Virus record (IMG/VR): IMGVR_UViG_3300020029_000055
Location: 1 to 6,023 of that record
Reading direction: 5' to 3' (one strand)
Length of the DNA stretch: 6,023 nucleotides
From: a virus
The position numbers were made by a program, and so were the translations under genes. Of this stretch, positions 5,460-6,023 are shown one piece after another. The notes under the pieces were generated by a model, which saw only the letters and a program-made list of their open reading frames with translations, was not told where the DNA came from and made no database searches. The stretch's first letter is position 1. Every line of letters starts with the position of its first letter.

Positions 5460-6023
5460 ATGAGACTTATTGATTTCAAGTCCTACGTTGAGCCTGTTTC
5501 CACAGGTGCTATGCTCGGTGCTGCAGGTCTTTCCGCTGGCGGCCAGGTCGCCTCTGGCCTTTTTAAGCCATCCCTTAAGAGGCAATGGAAATATCAACAA
5601 AAGCAAATGAAGCTCCAGCAGCAGTATGCTCTAGAGCAAATGCAGAAGCAAGGTGAGATTAACTATGCTAACTGGCAAAAGCAGTTTGACTATGAGAATG
5701 CCTATAACGATCCTTCGAAAGTTTTCGACCGTTATCTTAAAGCCGGTGTTACGCCAGCCGCCGTTCTTGGCTCTTCGGGTGTTGGCGTCAACGCTACTAT
5801 GTCTGGTGGCTCTGCTGGCTCTGTAGGCGCTTCTGGCCCTTCTGGTGGATCTTTTGATTTCTCGAGCCCTCTGCCTCCCGGTGTTGGTTCTTCCGCTGCT
5901 GAAACTGCTCTTGATGCCATGGGTGTCAACTCAACTATTGAACGCAACAAGGCCGCCGCTAACCGTGATGATGCCGAGGCTGCAAATATTCGTAGTAATA
6001 CTTTTGAACCTGAGTTTAATAAG
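5460..6023 (+). CDS. VP2: Minor capsid / DNA pilot protein VP2, N-terminal part (runs off the window end; continues at base 1 via the circular junction)
   Basis: ATG 5460 opens a frame with no stop through 6023; it is absent from the ORF track, presumably because no stop occurs in the window. My translation: MRLIDFKSYVEPVSTGAMLGAAGLSAGGQVASGLFKPSLKRQWKYQQKQMKLQQQYALEQMQKQGEINYANWQKQFDYENAYNDPSKVFDRYLKAGVTPAAVLG... The ENAYNDPS....R.LKAG..PA block resembles the conserved N-terminal motif of non-phiX microvirus VP2 proteins. A Gly/Ser-rich linker follows (GSSGVGVNATMSGGSAGSVGASGPSGGS). The frame joins 17..931 exactly (5919 = 17 + 5902). Confidence 0.85.
   Translation, partial: MRLIDFKSYVEPVSTGAMLGAAGLSAGGQVASGLFKPSLKRQWKYQQKQMKLQQQYALEQMQKQGEINYANWQKQFDYENAYNDPSKVFDRYLKAGVTPAAVLGSSGVGVNATMSGGSAGSVGASGPSGGSFDFSSPLPPGVGSSAAETALDAMGVNSTIERNKAAANRDDAEAANIRSNTFEPEFNK
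5903..6023. repeat. Terminal direct repeat, right copy; exact duplicate of 1..121
   Basis: See the left copy: 121/121 identity, located at the window ends. Confidence 0.98.

Noticed and set aside
272-5950. Minus-strand ORFs: 272..469, 619..807, 957..1298, 2545..2904, 3046..3459, 3673..4263, 5252..5479, 5732..5950
   Set aside because: Each is antisense to a supported + strand gene. Their products are Arg/Ser/Pro-rich or low complexity; for example, 5732..5950 is the antisense of the VP2 Gly/Ser linker. Microviruses are known to transcribe from a single strand.
1-6023. Prophage or temperate lifestyle, CRISPR arrays, tRNA/rRNA genes, IS elements, toxin-antitoxin or defence cassettes
   Set aside because: There is no integrase or recombinase ORF and no flanking host genes. 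There are no spaced direct repeats and no cloverleaf-capable segments. The only long repeat is the terminal assembly overlap.

Overview
The window is one complete, circularly permuted genome of a small ssDNA phage of the family Microviridae, of the VP1/VP2/VP4 type rather than the phiX174 type. Bases 1-121 repeat exactly at 5903-6023, so the unit genome is 5,902 nt. The linearisation point falls inside the pilot-protein gene (VP2), so that gene appears as two pieces: 5460..6023 and 1..931. All eight genes I can support lie on the + strand and are tightly packed. In genome order they are a small basic ORF, the replication initiator VP4 (HUH/two-tyrosine rolling-circle Rep), the major capsid VP1 (599 aa), a small acidic ORF, a 63-aa lipobox/membrane ORF, VP2 (457 aa once the circle is closed), and two unassigned ~105-aa ORFs. 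A strong intrinsic terminator hairpin (1691..1725) sits between the last unassigned ORF and the replication module. The largest non-coding gap (5134..5266) holds a nested, GC-closed stem-loop structure. No gene has a Shine-Dalgarno sequence and every start lies in A/T-rich sequence, which suggests a Bacteroidota-type host (Alpavirinae-like); this is inference only. I saw no integrase, tRNA, rRNA, CRISPR array or IS element. The items most worth follow-up are the small lipobox protein as a candidate lysis or exclusion factor, the structured intergenic element as a possible complementary-strand origin or terminator, and the unassigned small ORFs. Product calls for VP1, VP2 and VP4 rest on motifs I recognise by eye; no database search was possible.
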